From the NCBI RefSeq assembly GCF_009914755.1, contig NC_060927.1: 64,000 bases of DNA; one strand, 5' to 3'. The notes under the pieces are model-generated. The model saw nothing but the letters and a program-made list of their open reading frames with translations, had not been told where the DNA came from and made no database searches. The DNA comes from the human T2T-CHM13v2.0 reference genome, Homo sapiens. Of the stretch, positions 28,801 through 44,557 are shown piece after piece. Positions within the stretch are counted from its first letter, which is position 1. Every line of letters begins with the position of its first letter. The position numbers were made by a program, and so were the translations under genes.

Positions 28801-31800
28801 GGGTTCTGATTACAGGGTTGTATTTGGAGAGAATTCATCAAGATATGATATGACCTCTTTTCTGAAGAAGAAGCACAGTTATATAATTACAGATTTTAGC
28901 TATTCTTTTAAATAGATGCAAAAGTTAGTATGAATACAGGATTGCATATTGTATGCATGCATTTTATAAACAACCTTTGTCTTAGGGTTCTACGAAGGAC
29001 AACGACACACAGTGGTGGAGTCAATGCAGCCAAGAATATAAAAACGGTGGTGACAGTGTCAGGAAGATGACTTGTCTATTCACACTAAGTATGGGAATCA
29101 GGTAAAATAAATATTATGGGATATGTAAGGCACTCAAATGTATGTTCCTTAAAGAGCTAATGAGTTTTGGGAGTGATAGCATTCATATCTTGATATCCAG
29201 TCCATAAATCTTTCCTGAAGTCACAGAAAATAACATTCTATGATTTTTCTCTGATCTTCATATCATCAGCCTTTTACACTCCTGCCCAATATACATTTAT
29301 ACTTCTTCTGGAGACTCTACCCTAATTCCTCTGTGGAACTGTCCAGGTGCTTCTAATGAAGGCATCTCTACCTTTTGTCTTAAAGGTGATCAAGTGACTC
29401 AGACACTGATCAATGAGAGAATCACATTTCCCTGGTTCAAGGAAGGACACGTTACCAAATTATAATTAAGGAGCCATAAAATGGCTCTGTGAAAGAGATT
29501 CTCTCTCCTGCTGTATTTAAAGTATTGAGAAGGGAGGATCAAAAGTAGTTGCTGTCATCTTGTGACCTCAGTAGGAGAGAAACTGTATGAGACTCAAGGA
29601 AACATGGTTCTATCTGAGAGACCAGATCCTGGTAATATCATTTGAGCCCAATGCCTTAGGCTGTGCCTGAGGCCAGTTATATTCCTAAAGATTTCTAAAT
29701 GAGCCAATTAAATATCTTGCACTTAAGCATCCCTGCCTCCCCAGTCACTAGAAACAAAAACAGAACTGATAAATCTTTAATCCATTCCTGCAGTTCCATC
29801 CATTTTCCAGACTCAGGGGTCAATCTGACCACTGGGCAGAGAAAATAGGTACTCCATAACCTAACCTGATATCCCACTATTAAGTCAGTCGTGTTGAAAG
29901 CTCTGATGCTATTCTTTGACGATAAATCATGCGTCTATATAGCAGTTCCTCTCAGTAGGTCTCTGGCCTATCCATCCTAGAGTTCTTAACATCACGGAAG
30001 TATCAGAACCATAGCCCATAGCCAGTATCCTCTGACGACTTCCCTGAATGCCTTTGTCTAGATTGTCTCCCCTCCCAGTGAATTTAATTGGGCCTGATCT
30101 GACTGGATCATTACTGATACGATGAGCTTTGAGACCTCTCTGAGAGGCTGGCTGCTCCCTTCCCCAGAGGTTAGTGCTCAGCTTTAGAAGTCAGGGCACG
30201 TGCTTGGTTGGAACACACAAAATTGTTTGGACCCACTAAGGCTAACTCACACCAAAGGATTTCCAAAAGGCTGGTACATAACCAGGCATGCCAGTGCACT
30301 CAACCCCAGTGAGAGGCTTTCATAGGTCAGACTTAGGGTATCCCTTTCACATTTTCAGGATACCTAGGAGACAGATTAGAAACTAGAGTGTCCACTCATG
30401 GGCACAAAATCAGGTCAGAGCAGAGAGAGATCCTGAGGGATATTTCAGGTAGACCACGGTGAAACCTGATTAAAAGAACACTCCTGCCCTATAACTGAAT
30501 CCCTTTCTCTGCTCATTGGAAGTTTCCATTCATCAGATCCAGTATTTTTCCTAGTGGTGCTGGACAAACATGCCAAAATAATGACACAACATTGAGCATC
30601 CTCTTTTTGTTAACATACTGATCAAACATGTGGTGTTTAGAAAAGCTAATTGATTTGGTCATTTTTCTCAATTATGATCATATCCTGTCCCTGCTCCCTT
30701 GACTTACATTCAAAAAAGTTACTTATTAGAGCATTGGGTATTCCCCAAACATCTCAGTCTCACCTATGCAATTTCTTGGGTTGCATTTTCTTGGGTTCGA
30801 GGGTCCCATGGACCTAACAGGTACCAAACAACATCCAGTGGCTGAGCTTCACTTTCAAGGGCAGCAAAAGGAGTTGGTAAAGGAGGAGATCTCAGGCCCA
30901 TGAAACTATTTCATCTCTGGAATTATTTGGGTCACAGAAATGCTAATGGCATGCATGCAGAGAAAGCCCTATGATTACAGTTCTACAAACAAATGACTTT
31001 AACAGCAGCTGATAATGCCAGAGCCTATGAAAGACCTTGCTTCTCAGTGCAGATGTGAGCATGTTGGATGAATATCATCTTACAGTTTGGTGCTGAGGGA
31101 ACAAATTCAGCGAAGTGCAGCATAGAAATAGACTTTCTCGTGGGGACAATTTAGCTGTAGAGGTTAAACAAGAGAGCTTTGTTCTACGGATGCCAAGAAT
31201 TATATTTCTAAACTAGATTAGCACCAATTTGAACTTTTGGTGGAAATTGTGTTTTTGAAAATGCACTTTGGGAATGTTCCCCAGTGTTTTAAAATTGAAA
31301 AGAATGAAGCTAAGTAGGAAAGATATCTATCTGAGGTAATAGCAACTAAAAAGCTCTTTGGCTCTTAGGCCTTGAATTCAAGTAAGAACCATAAAAAATG
31401 ATTAAGCTCAAGAAATATTAAACCTCATTTATTAAAATAGGGTTCCTTGATTATTCATTCACTATTATCAATCAAAGCTAAACCAATTTTGGATTTACAT
31501 ATAAAATGGTTCATTCTTCCCAGCATAGCTATATGTAAAATCTAATTGGCACACAAGCTAAGTTTCCCCAGTGAATTTTCTGACAGGTAATAGGGAGCAG
31601 GTCTCAGGAACCTGGGAGTGTACATCCCAGTCCCCTCCCATTTCCTGCCACTATATGAGCATTAGATACTGAAGCCTATTCTGGAGAGAAATGTAGCTGC
31701 TGTGAAAGTCAGAGGGCAGCCACGTCTCCTGAGCCCCTTCACTCAACCATTCAACAAATATTATTTGAGCACCTACTATATGCCAGGCACTATTCTACGT

Positions 31801-33670
31801 GCTGGGATTACTTCAGTGAATAGAAGAGCTTATAATTTGGGGAAAGGAGAGACAGGATATTTAAAAAGTGGCTATAACACATAATTAAATCAATAGCTTG
31901 TTAGAAAGCATCCAGTGTTATTTTAGTCTCCTGCAGATAATGATAATGATGATGATACCAACTTCCTATGTTCTAAATATTTTGTCTATTAAAGTCTATT
32001 AATTTAATTTTCACAGCAAACTCATGAGGCAGCTCCTCTTAATATCTGCATTTTACATATGAGACAATTAAGGCCTGGAAAGATTAATTTTCCCAAGACC
32101 ACACTACAGGTACAGAGCAGAGCTGGGATTGCCTACTGAATAAACTGCTAGATTGGCATAACCAGTCCCATCTCTAAGAGTTGTGAAGGAAATGCTCTCC
32201 ACTGTCTGAGGCACTTCACATGCAACACTAGCAAGGGCAGAGTTTAAACCTTCATATTACATTGACTGGGGAAGAAGAACTGAGAAGACTGTGCGGCATC
32301 AAGGAGAAGGAACAGCAGGTCCTTCTATAAAGAGGGAAAAGTAGACACTTTCTGATTTTCCAGCAGCAGATCTGGAGATTATTCTATTACCCCTGTTACC
32401 CTGCAGGCAGCCTGCTTTGGTTATTTCCCTCTTCATGCAGTCATCAACAGTGGTAGCAGAGATTGGGGGAAGATGAAATGTGGAGCTGATTAAATACATG
32501 GCAATGGCTCTGCTAAGTGATTTGGCTTGGGAAGAGGCTGTGACTGCAGTAGAGTGAGGATAAAGCCAGGCATTGGCTGCCAGGCTTCATGATGGCTGAA
32601 CTTTCAATTCTCTAGAACTTCATTCTAGAACAGCAGCTATGTCAATAATTATAATGTCCTTGAGGTACGTTTTAATTTTAATCAAGTTTGCCAAGTTTGT
32701 TTTTATCCTAGAACGTAATACACATTGTATGGGTGTATTCTTTTTTAGGATTTTTCTAGGAGCAAAAAAAAGTGGGGGGGTGGGGATGGCCAACTCCATA
32801 TAGATATCTGGTCAGAGGGTTAGAGGAAGCTGTTAACTCTAGGTAAGCTGTACTTTGAATTAGGTACTTCCACATAGTGGCTAGAGCACAGATAGAGATC
32901 GCTTTTGTAATAAAAGATCCTCTTCATGTGCACCTACCACCACCAATGGGAAGTACTAAACTCCAGTAGTTTGATGTCTTGAATGGAACCAGCTGGATGC
33001 TCATTTTCGTTGCCCTGCAAGACTGGATTAATTTGCTAGCTACAAACCACTACTTCTATTGAGTACTTACTATTTAGCAATTGTACTGTGTAAACACCGT
33101 ATATGTAATATCATTTTTAACTTTCATAATAGTCCCGAGCAGGAGGTGTTGTTATCCCAATTTTAGAGATGGCAGAACAGAGATTTAGAGAGAGAAAATA
33201 CTTTGCCAATCTCTCATCTTGATAAGACCAAGATCCAAATGACACGGAAGCCTTCAAGCTCTAAAGCTCTTTGCTATTCTATTCTTAGAGTCTCCTCAGG
33301 GAGTCAAAATTTCAGACTGGGAGATGACATGGAAGGTGATCTGATTCAATTCTCTATTTTACACATAAGTTGAGAGACTTGTCTAACGACACAGGATGTG
33401 TAGAAACATATGGCCCAAGGCCAAAAAACAAATTCACAAGTGCATGTCCCATATATGTACCGATTTTGTATTGAGTTTCCTCAATACAAAATCAGTAGAA
33501 GGTGAGTTCTGGAATTTTTAAAAGTTATTTTAAGGTAAATGTGGCAAGTTCACAAATTTAGGGACCAAGAAAAGAAGTATAATTACCAACTAAAAGAGGA
33601 AAAGGAATGGTCACCTGAAGTAGGTTTGAGCGTAGGCCGACAAGAGGAAATCTGGGGGACAAAAAGAAAA

Positions 33671-33680
33671 GTGTGTGTGT

Positions 33681-33718
<38 letters not shown>
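33671..33718. repeat. (GT)n microsatellite
   Basis: Read directly; one interruption. Confidence 0.95.
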
Positions 33719-33720
<2 letters not shown>

Positions 33721-34804
33721 ACATTTAGCTTAAAATGACAGTGAAGTGGCCAGAAAAAAAAAAATCAAATGAAATGGCCAAGGGTGCAGGAAGAAGAAAT
33801 GTCTGGGCCTCTGCCTGATCAGACAGTAAGACCCTGGGTTGCTTATCTGGGGAGATGGGATGGGTGGAGAGGCAATCACTCATTTCTTGTTGTTTGTTTT
33901 CCTTCCATTTTGTGTAAAGCTAAAAATGCTGAGTGTCTAACTTTTGAAAGTTGGCCTATTGTTTCATTTTACTGAAAAAAAAAATAGAAGAAAATGAGTC
34001 ATTTGGATTTCTACACGTTCCCCACAGGATCCTAAATTACAAGTAATACCAAAATCATCCTTTCAATGTTTACTGCAAGCCAAAAATTTCCCTTTAAAAT
34101 CTGATGATAGCTAAATATAAATGCTATGACCCCAGGTTTGCCTTTAGTTCCTGGTGCTGCATTTCTGGGACCTCCAGGGGTGGCCAGGACAAGATGCTGA
34201 ACTTTGCTGAAAGCAAGTTTGCCTTTAGGCCTTCAGGCTTTCCATTTTAGTGGCTTCTGCCTCCTTCTGAGGGCCTACAATGGACACCCCATCCCTACAC
34301 CGGCCCTACATGCTAGACTTACCTACTTCTCTGCCTAACTTGTCCCTCTTAACCAAGGAGCCTACTAGCCTTCAGTCCTTTTCTCTTTCACTTCCCAAAA
34401 TATCAACCCTTGACCTCAGAACCCTGCTCTCTACAATCTTACAAACTCATTTACACTGTCTTGATCATCAATGAGTTGAGCATTTCAATTTCTCAAAAAC
34501 ATTTAATTCCTTACACCATACCCCATCCCTTTTAAGTAGGAGACACAATGCTTTACTCAGAATAAAACATCCCATCTAACATAAATGTTAGAATTATGGG
34601 CATTTGAGAAAGGTAGCATGCTTACGATTCTCTGATCTTGGTCTTATTTCACAAATCTGTACTTTTGCACAAGCTGTTTTCCTGTGTAGACTGTCTTCTC
34701 ACTCTACTTAGCCTATCTAGTGAAATTCCTGCTCACTGCTCATAAACCTTCCAAACATGATCTTCACCCAGAAAACTTTATCTGATTACTCTAAAACTGT
34801 GTTA

Positions 34805-35540
<736 letters not shown>

Positions 35541-36881
35541 AAGACGAGTGGTTTTGAACCTGCAGGGGGAGATGGATAGGATGGTTAAATTGTCTGAATG
35601 TCTGTTAAAGTGCACATTGGAGTGAAATAATCTATGTTTCTGATATATATCAATAATATACCAAGATAACCAATGAAGAGCAAATGCACTGGGTCTTTGG
35701 TGTTCCATCAAGCACTATTCATCTTTTGTTAATTTTGCTGCAATCCTCATTTTCTCCCCACCAACCCTTAACCCTGGGGATGAAAGAGATACAGTGTGGT
35801 GGTGCATGAAGAGTCTTTTGTTCAGTTGATCAATTCCTAGACTGAGCAGACAAGGTAAAATATGATCCAGTTAATCATAAACAACTGTGGGAAAAAAAGG
35901 AAGAAGAATAAAGGACGCTCATATCAGCTGCAACATGCACTGCTAAGCATTTTAACATAATCAGAATTTCCTGACCTGTGCTCAGTGGAACACAGGTTCT
36001 GAGGGATGTTCATAGTGTTGTGTTGGGAGTGGGGAGGAGAAAGGAGGTTTCATAGTGAAATCAGACTGGAAAATGCTGGCCTAAACAAGGTTAACCAGCT
36101 TTCTTTATTGCAGTACTTTACAGAACCTTTAGTATGCCATGAAACATTGTGATCATTCAAAAGGGAAAAAAGAATTGTTTTCCAACTTATTTCATCACAA
36201 AGTTCTTTTCTGAGAAACACCTATCAACATCTCTGGTTGGTAAATTTGTCATAGACAATGTCATTTAATGTGCATTTCACATAGAGGACCCTGTGGCTTA
36301 AGAATGTAAGTGACTTGCCCAATATCGCAGTGTTACACAACTCATTAGCGGCTGAGCCAAAACTCCAAATTCACATTTATACCAGAGGAAATAATTAACT
36401 GTGGTCAGAACGGGCAAATATCATCATGAAAAATTCTCAATACATATAGAAATATGTCTGAAATGACTTAGTCACTTTCCCTGCTAGGTCCCGAGCGCAC
36501 TGCCCCTCAGTTCATTTTCTGCTTCTACTCTGTTCTCCTTGGATGAAAGAGATCTCCTCTTCTGAATTTTTTAGTACTCCTCCTGTGGGTCTTGGCACAT
36601 ATTGCTTTCTTGTTAACTTTTTATATGTATACTCTCCAAACAGATTAGAGGCTTGCAGTGGTATTACTTGAATTCCCTACAGTGTGTCTTGCACGTAGCA
36701 GGAGCTCTACAGAACTTTCTCAGTTTATTAATTACCGGCCCTCCCAGCTATTGATGGCTTGTAGTGTCTTTTTACAGTATCTAAATGCTGCAGAAGCATT
36801 GGCTCTTGGTTCACAGACATCACGGGTTCACCTAGGCTGCCAACTCAGTATCAAATAGCCTGATGTTGAACACTGACATAC

Positions 36882-37097
36882 CTGTAAAATGCAACTCATG
36901 ATATCAGATGCGATTTTTGCATGAGGAGTGTCTTCGTCTTTCCCAAAGGGTCTCAGGTTATGTTCCAAGCAGGAGTCCCAGAGCCCCACAAGGGCCTTTG
37001 CATGCTTTTCAATGGACTCGGTCTCTCTGATGGCTGTTGTGATTCTTGTGATACAGATTTCAACTACTGCCTGGTCATTGTTATTGGTTTGGTAATC
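36882..37097 (-). CDS. VEPH1: VEPH1 second coding exon
   Basis: Acceptor TTTTCTTTCCAAACAG. 216 nt open: [72 protein letters not shown]. Donor CAG|GTATGT; phase 0-0, joining both neighbours in frame. Confidence 0.95.
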
Positions 37098-39082
37098 CTG
37101 TTTGGAAAGAAAATCTTCATGTTAAATAATACTCTAGAAAGTTATCCTTCAAAGGATAAAATACTAACTCAGTCATTTAGAAAATGGGTGCACCAGGCTG
37201 TGTGCTAAGGGGTGAGGGTGTAAAGCCTAATACAATAAGGCTTTCTTCCTTGGAGATCCTAATCTTGTGGAAGAGGCAGATACACAAACATGCTAAAATG
37301 GAGCAGGTTCTACTATCACCCTTAGACAGGGATCCCTGAGAGTACACAGGCGCTTAACTATTCACTTGCAAGTGGGTTTAATCTTTAGACTATTTCAGTT
37401 TCTAAGTCCATTACAGGGCAGGGGTTACTTTTTACTCTGACATTTCAGCAACTTTTGTGAAATGTTTCAAATTACCCTTCAATTTCCCCTCATTAGTTTT
37501 CTCCCTCTTTCTGGACATAATGGAACACATCATTTCATCTCTCCCTTTTCAACTCAAATAACTACAAAACCCATTTTACCTTTCCCCAACCAGGTTTTCC
37601 TCCATTCCCCTGTCTTAATTCTCCCTCAAATACCTGATCATCTTTACTGAGAAATAATGGGACCTCCAAAACATCTAAATGTGAAAAACAGACCCACTGC
37701 ATTAATTTGGAAAATTGGTCTGACTGTGAACTTCACATGGTGGACTCACAAAACTGAAAATATAATAGAGCAGGAAAGTATTTAGAGCCTGACATCATCA
37801 TGTGAGATTAGAGATGGGAAGTGATGGGGTTTTTCGGCACTACAGCAAACTCCAGCTGTAACAATTTTCTGTTGCTATAACTAATAGGACAGTAAACATC
37901 TTGTGCATGAAGCTCTCTCTACATTGCAAATTATTTATATACTAGAGCCTCCAGAAGTGAAAATTTCTGAGACAAAGGACAGGCACATTTTTAAGGCTCA
38001 AAATAGGTACTGTTGAACTATGTTCCAGAAAGGTTTTACGAATGTGAACTCCCTCCAGCTGGGTAATAGAATGATCTCCTTATTGTACACTTACAAGAAC
38101 AGAGTATTTATAATATTTCTAATTTGATTAGTGAGAAACAGTATCTTATCGCTGTTTTGCTTAGGAATTTCCTTGCCCAAAAGTGAGGTTGAATGGTTCT
38201 GTGTTTATTGGCTGTTTGTATTTTCTCCTTTGGGAACTACCCACGGTACCTTATATATATTTTTCTTTAGGTGACCTCATCTTTTTTTTTTTTAATCCTT
38301 CTTTGGTACAATATATTTTTCTATTAAGGGTATTAAGTGAATATTTGACATTTGGCTGCAAATATATCTCTACGTTTCATTATTTTTAGTTTTTTTGCTG
38401 CTATTCAATGACATCCTAAGATTTTAGGTAATTAAATTTGTCAATTTTGGGGCCTTATTGTTTTTCCTTTTCTAAATTGGAAACTTAAGTTGTTTACATT
38501 TTTTTGAAAGGTAATACATAAACATCGTACAAAAATTCAAAAGATGCAAAGAAAGGGTTTACAGTTAAAAGTTAATCTCCCTGTCAGCGCTGTTCCTCAT
38601 CCGTCCCAGTCCCCTTCCTCAGCGGGAGCCAGGCTCAGCAAATCCTTATGTTTATACAGAGGCATTCTAAGCACATGCAGATATTATCCACACATTCTCC
38701 TTTCTTTCTGTGTGATTCCTGTAACAGATTTTTGTTTAACTTCAAGTTTTCCTTATTCAAAATTTGAATAAAAGTCATCTCTACTTTTTTCCAGATTAAA
38801 AAGAACTTCACAAAACACTCACCATTTATTACTTTAGAAATTCATCTTTTAACCATTTGCTTAGCTCTTAAATCTATCTGGTATTTATGGAAATAAGTAG
38901 AAATGTACATTTTCTTCTAAATAGCTAACCTAATCTTCCTACTACCATTTAGTGAATAATTCATTTCCTAGTAATTGTTTTAAATATATCAGATTCTATT
39001 TCAGGGCTGTCTTTTCTGTCTGCCATTTCTCAATTCTTTTACAATACTAATTTTGCAACTTTCCCTATGTAAGCTTCAGAAT

Positions 39083-39521
39083 TTTTTTTTAACTTTTATT
39101 TTAAGTTCAGGGGTACATGTGCAAGTTTGTTATTTAGGTAAACTCGTGTCATGGGAGTTTGTTATACAGATTACTTTGTCACTCAAGTATCATGCCTAGT
39201 ACCCATTCGTTATTTTTTCTGATTCTCTCCTTCCTCCCACCATCTAACCACTGATAGGCCCCAGTGTGTGTTGTTCCCCTCTGTGTGTCCATGTGTTCTT
39301 ATCATTTAGCTCCCACTTAAAGTGACAACACACAGTATTTGTTTTTCTGTTCCTGCATTAATCTGCTAAGGATAATGGCCTCCAACTCCATGTTCCTACA
39401 AATAACATGATCTTGCTCTTTTTTACGGTTGTGTAATATTCCATGCTGTATATATACCATATTTTCTTTATCCAGTGTACCATTGATGGGCATTTAGGTT
39501 GACTCCATGTCTTTGCTATTG
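39083..39521 (-). mobile_element. 5'-truncated L1PA 3' end
   Basis: Poly-T, TTTAAGTTCAGGGGTACATGTGCA; diverged TSD AGCTTCAGAATTTT / AGCTTCACAAATTTT at 39072 and 39522. Confidence 0.85.
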
Positions 39522-39631
39522 AGCTTCACAAATTTTTGACCATGTTTCCTAGTGTATTTTGTCTTTTTGTTGTTGTTAACAAAATAATTTTTCTCATTAG
39601 AACTTTTAATTAGTTTTTGCTGATTAAATGA

Positions 39632-39923
<292 letters not shown>

Positions 39924-41544
39924 TTTTTGTATTTATTTTGTAACTTGCTCTTTAGCTTAACTACACTTAATTATGATAAATTTTCAATTCATCATCTTGG
40001 GTTTTCTAAAAAGATTTTTGTGTTTCATGCAGCCTTTCTGAGATCTACATATTTTATATATCCCATGGCTTATTATGTTGGCTAGAATCTTCTATGCTAT
40101 TTCACATAAAAGTGATTAGAACAAGAATGCTAGCTTAGTTCCTAGTTTTGATTCTTGATTTTTGGCATAAAATTTTATGGTCCAGAAAAACAAACAAAAA
40201 AATACAGTAAATGTTTTAAATCATATAGAATACATCACTTTCTATTTTCAAGGTTTACATATTTGATTTAATTTCCCTAGTAAGCATTATGCTGGCTTTT
40301 TGGGTGAGAGATTTTATAATATTATAATTTACAATATTAAAGAGGTATCAGTCTATTGCTATTTATTGAGTTTATTTTTAAATAAAGAATAAATTGTGAA
40401 TTTCATTAAATGCCTTTTTAGCATTTATAGGTACATCAAATATTTTTGTCCTTAGATCTATCAATATGATAAATTACAGAAACAAATTTCCCAATATTAG
40501 TTAACTTTGCATTCCTGGAACATGTTGTACTGGATCTTGGGAAATAATTTTTTAAGGTGCTGCTAAATTCTGTTTTTAGTATTTCATTTAAATTTTTTTG
40601 CGTCAATATTTGGTCTTATGTTTGTCAGGTTTCGTATCAATTTTATGCTAAGTCCATAAAGGATTTTGGAAGATTTAAGCTCTCTATAATCTTACTTATT
40701 ATTTGACCTTACAGTGGCTCAACAGAAGTGAATTAACATTTCCTGCAACTAATGTGTCTATCTGCTTTTACTGGTATCTCCTGGAGTTTTTCTTTATGAA
40801 TTTTATTGCTATGTAATTTAACATAAAGATATTCTTAATCTTTATAACTCTTGTGAACTAAATCCATTAAAAAAACAAAGTGCCTTTATTTTACTGAATG
40901 CTTCTGGCATGAATTTTTTCTTATCTGACTAAAGAACATGATCCCTGTTCCTTTTGGTTTACATTTACCTCATATCATTTGCCTATTTTATTCTTATTTT
41001 TAAAATTTATTTTACAACCTATATTGTATCAAGTGAGTGGTTGTTAACTCTCTTTCTATAACTTTCTAGGAAATAATTTAGTAGCATCATTCAACGATTC
41101 TTAATAGTAAAAAATATGCCTAGTACATAGAGTATACAGAAGTCCTTGATCATCGTCTGGGTCCAAACCATTTTATCATAATCAACAATTTAAGCATGGT
41201 GGAGCTACATGTAGACTTCACAGGTCTTCATTTGAGAACAGAGGGCCCTGCCTTATCAAATGAGTGGGCAAACTCTCACAATTTTAAGCAAAGAGGATTA
41301 GTTTTGACTCAGCATTGATTTTCTGTGTCAAACGATTATTTCCTGTGCTTTATCTGTTAATTTGGCATGGTGTTAAAAAAAAAAAAGAAATAGCCTATAT
41401 ATTAGGTTTGAATATGTGATATGGTTTTGTGGTAAACATCAAAATGATTTGCTTTAATTTGAATTATTCACATGTGTTTTATAGTCAAGTAAATCATTGT
41501 TTAATTTTGCATCTTTTTATTTTAGATTTTCTAATTTTTAATTT

Positions 41545-41846
41545 TTGTTTTTTTTTCAGACAGGTTCTCTCTGCCACCCAGGTTGCAGTGCAGTGGTGCC
41601 ATGGCTCAATGCAGCCTCAACCTCCTGGGCTCAAGGGTTCCTCCTATCCCAGCCTCCTGAGTAGCTGGGATTACAGGTGCATGCCACCATTCCCAGCTAA
41701 TTTTTTTAATTTTTTTTTTTTTTTTTGTAGAGATGGAGTCTCGCTATTTTTCCCTGGCTAGTCTTGAACTCCTAGGCTCAAGTGATCCTCCCCACCTTGG
41801 CTTCCCAAAGTGCTGGGATTATAAGTGTGAGCCACCATGTCCAGCC
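41545..41846 (-). mobile_element. AluJ
   Basis: Reverse Alu dimer with J-type CCTCCTGGGCTCAAG. Confidence 0.9.
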
Positions 41847-42099
41847 TATTTTTACATTTTCTAAATCATTTCCTAAGTCATTAAATATATGTCTCTTCTT
41901 TGCTAGATTTTGCCCGGTGATCTAATCTAAAAGTCTTTTTAAAAAAATAGGTGCATTTTACCCATTTATATAAAGTGATATGATAGATACATTTGGCCTT
42001 AAACATGTCATATTAGCTCATATTACGCTTGAGTTTTTTCTTAAGTTTTGAAGTTCAAGAATTTTACTAAGAAGTGGTACATTTTGGACCAGACATGAA

Positions 42100-44557
42100 A
42101 AAAGCCAGAGTGCACAAATAAGCTGTGTGAACAGGTGACCCGGACCCCTGTGTCATCAACCACTATAGAAATAACATCTTACACTCAGGTGACACTTATG
42201 GCCACATGAGGGGTTCCCTCATGGCCAGCTGACAGAGGAGGAAAATGTCTCAACTTGGTTTACTGATGGGTTGGCTGGGTATGTGGGTGAAATTCAAAAT
42301 TTGACTTCTCTTATGTATAGACCTACTCAGGGTGACCCTGAAAGACAAAAATGAGAGAACATTCTCCCAACGGTCAGAGCTTCAGCCATGCACCTGATCG
42401 TTAATTTTGTGTGGCAAGAGAAATGGCTTGGCTGAATGGCCAAGGGCCTGAAAAAAGAACGATTGAGAAACTGGAAATAAGGAGCTCTGGGTAAGAAGCA
42501 TGGATCCACACATGGGATTGGACATAAAGTATAAACATCTTTTATGTTCATGGGAATATTCACTACACAAGAGGCACTAAAATACAAAGCAGAGGGAATG
42601 ACTCAGCCAAATGACATCAACCAAGCCTCTGTCATCAGTCACTCCAGTGTGATCCAGTCAGCACATAAATGGAGTAGCCATGGTGAGGGATAGAGGCTAG
42701 GCATCACCCACCACTGCCTTGATGTAAATCTACCAGCAACAGAGGCCCCTGCTAAGTCCTCAGAATGGCACCATCCCTCAAGGAAACAAATCAATCACTT
42801 GGTGGCAAGTTATTTACATTAGACCTTTTCCACCCTGGAAGGGACATCAATCATATTGAGTGGAATTTACACGTAATCCAGGATTGGGTTTGCTTTTTTT
42901 CTGCCCACAGGGCTTAAGCCTGATTCACTATTTGAGGGATCACAGAGCATTTGGTCTGCTGACATAGGATTCTACATAACACTGCATCAAACCAAAGAAC
43001 CATTTTATAGCAAAGGATGTACAGCAGTAGGCACATAATCATGGGACTCACTGGTTCTATCACATACCATAACTTCTTCTGCCCCCACCCCAATACTGCT
43101 AGACTGATGAATCAATGGAGCAGGCTTGCAAAGAAGCCACTCAACCTTATATCCTGTTAAGATGAAACACCATTCTCCAAGGGGCAGTACACATACTAAA
43201 ACAGTGACCACTGCATGGTACTGTATTCCCTGCAGGTAGAATACATGAGCCCAACAGCCCAGTCACCTCAGGTTCTTTGTGTCAAGGGGACCAGCAGATT
43301 AAGAAAGGAGTTGCCAACCTGGCAGGAGTAATTAGCCATGCCCATTAGAAGACAGTAGGCTGCTGTTACACAATGGAGATATCTCTTGGTACTCCCTTGC
43401 CCAATTTTGATGGTAAATGGACAATGGAGCAGTCACAACCTGAGAAAGGAATGGAGTCCAGGGACTTAGATCCCTCAAGAAAGTGCATCTGAGTAACTCA
43501 ACTAGGAAGCAACTTAGATTAATAGAGGTGCTAGCTGAAGATGAAGGAAATCCAGAAGAGGTTGTAAAGGAGGGATACTGCATTTGTCTTCTTGTTATAG
43601 TTGCAAATAATTATCACATACCTACTGGCTCAAGAATTTGTGTTGAGAAATTAAAGTTCTGCAGGTCAGAAGTAAAAAATCAGTCTCACTGGACTAAAGT
43701 CAAGGTGTCAGCAGGGCTGGTGCCCTCTGGAGGCTCTGAGGGCATTTTTTTTTTTTTTAATCTGTTCTAGCTTCTAGAGGCCACCTGCATTCCTTGGCTC
43801 ATGGTCCCTTCCTCCATCTTTAAAGCACATCACTTCAACCTCTGCTTTTATCATTTCCTCTCTTTCTTCCACCTTTGACCTTGTTTCCCCACTTATAAGG
43901 ACCCTTGATTATATTGGGCCCACCCACATAATCCAAGATGATCTCCCAATCTCAAGATTATTAATTATATTATATCTGAAAAGGTCCTTGCCCATGTAAG
44001 ATTACATTCACAGGTTCTGGGGTTTAGGATGAGGACATTTTTTGTGGGCCATTATTCAGCCTACCACAGAGATGATGCATACCAATTGCAGCCTTGATAA
44101 GAACTGGAGTGGTGGACACTTGACTTGGGCACAAAGTATAAACATCTTTTTTATCCCATGTTAATGCCCATGAGAGCATTCATCACAAAAGAGGCAATAA
44201 AACACAAAGTAGAGAGAATGACTCATCTAAATGACATCAAGCCTCTGTCATCAGTCACTCTAGTGTGATCCAATAGGCACGTAAATGGAATAGCTATGGT
44301 GAGGGATAGAAGCTATGCATCATTCAACGCTGCCCTGATGTGAAACCTGACAGCAACAGAAGCTAATGCTGGGCCCGAAGAATGGCACCATCCCTCAAGG
44401 AAACCAGTTAATCACAGACATGTTAGATCCCCTTCTAACTTTCTTATTATAAATTTCCTTAGAACAAGAGATCAATCAGCTTATCAGAGAAGCTGTTTCC
44501 ATATAGAATAAATTTATTATACAAAGCATACCATTTAGAACAGTTCTGGGGTAGACT
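42100..44557 (+). mobile_element. Degenerate ERVL (HERV16-like) internal pol region (RNase H/integrase remnants)
   Basis: Conceptual translation across stops and frameshifts resembles ERVL Pol, e.g. ELQPCT/HLIVNFVWQEKW near 42380-42430 and ASNQRT..AKDVQQ*AHNHGTHWFYHIP near 42980-43070. Confidence 0.7.
43576..44068 (-). mobile_element. MLT1 (MaLR) LTR inserted in the ERVL remnant
   Basis: GTCAAGGTGTCAGCAGGGCTG, CTGCATTCCTTGGCTCATGG and end ATTATTCAGCCTACCACA. Confidence 0.8.

Noticed and set aside
36921-37208. 95-aa + strand ORF
   Set aside because: Antisense shadow of the real VEPH1 exon.
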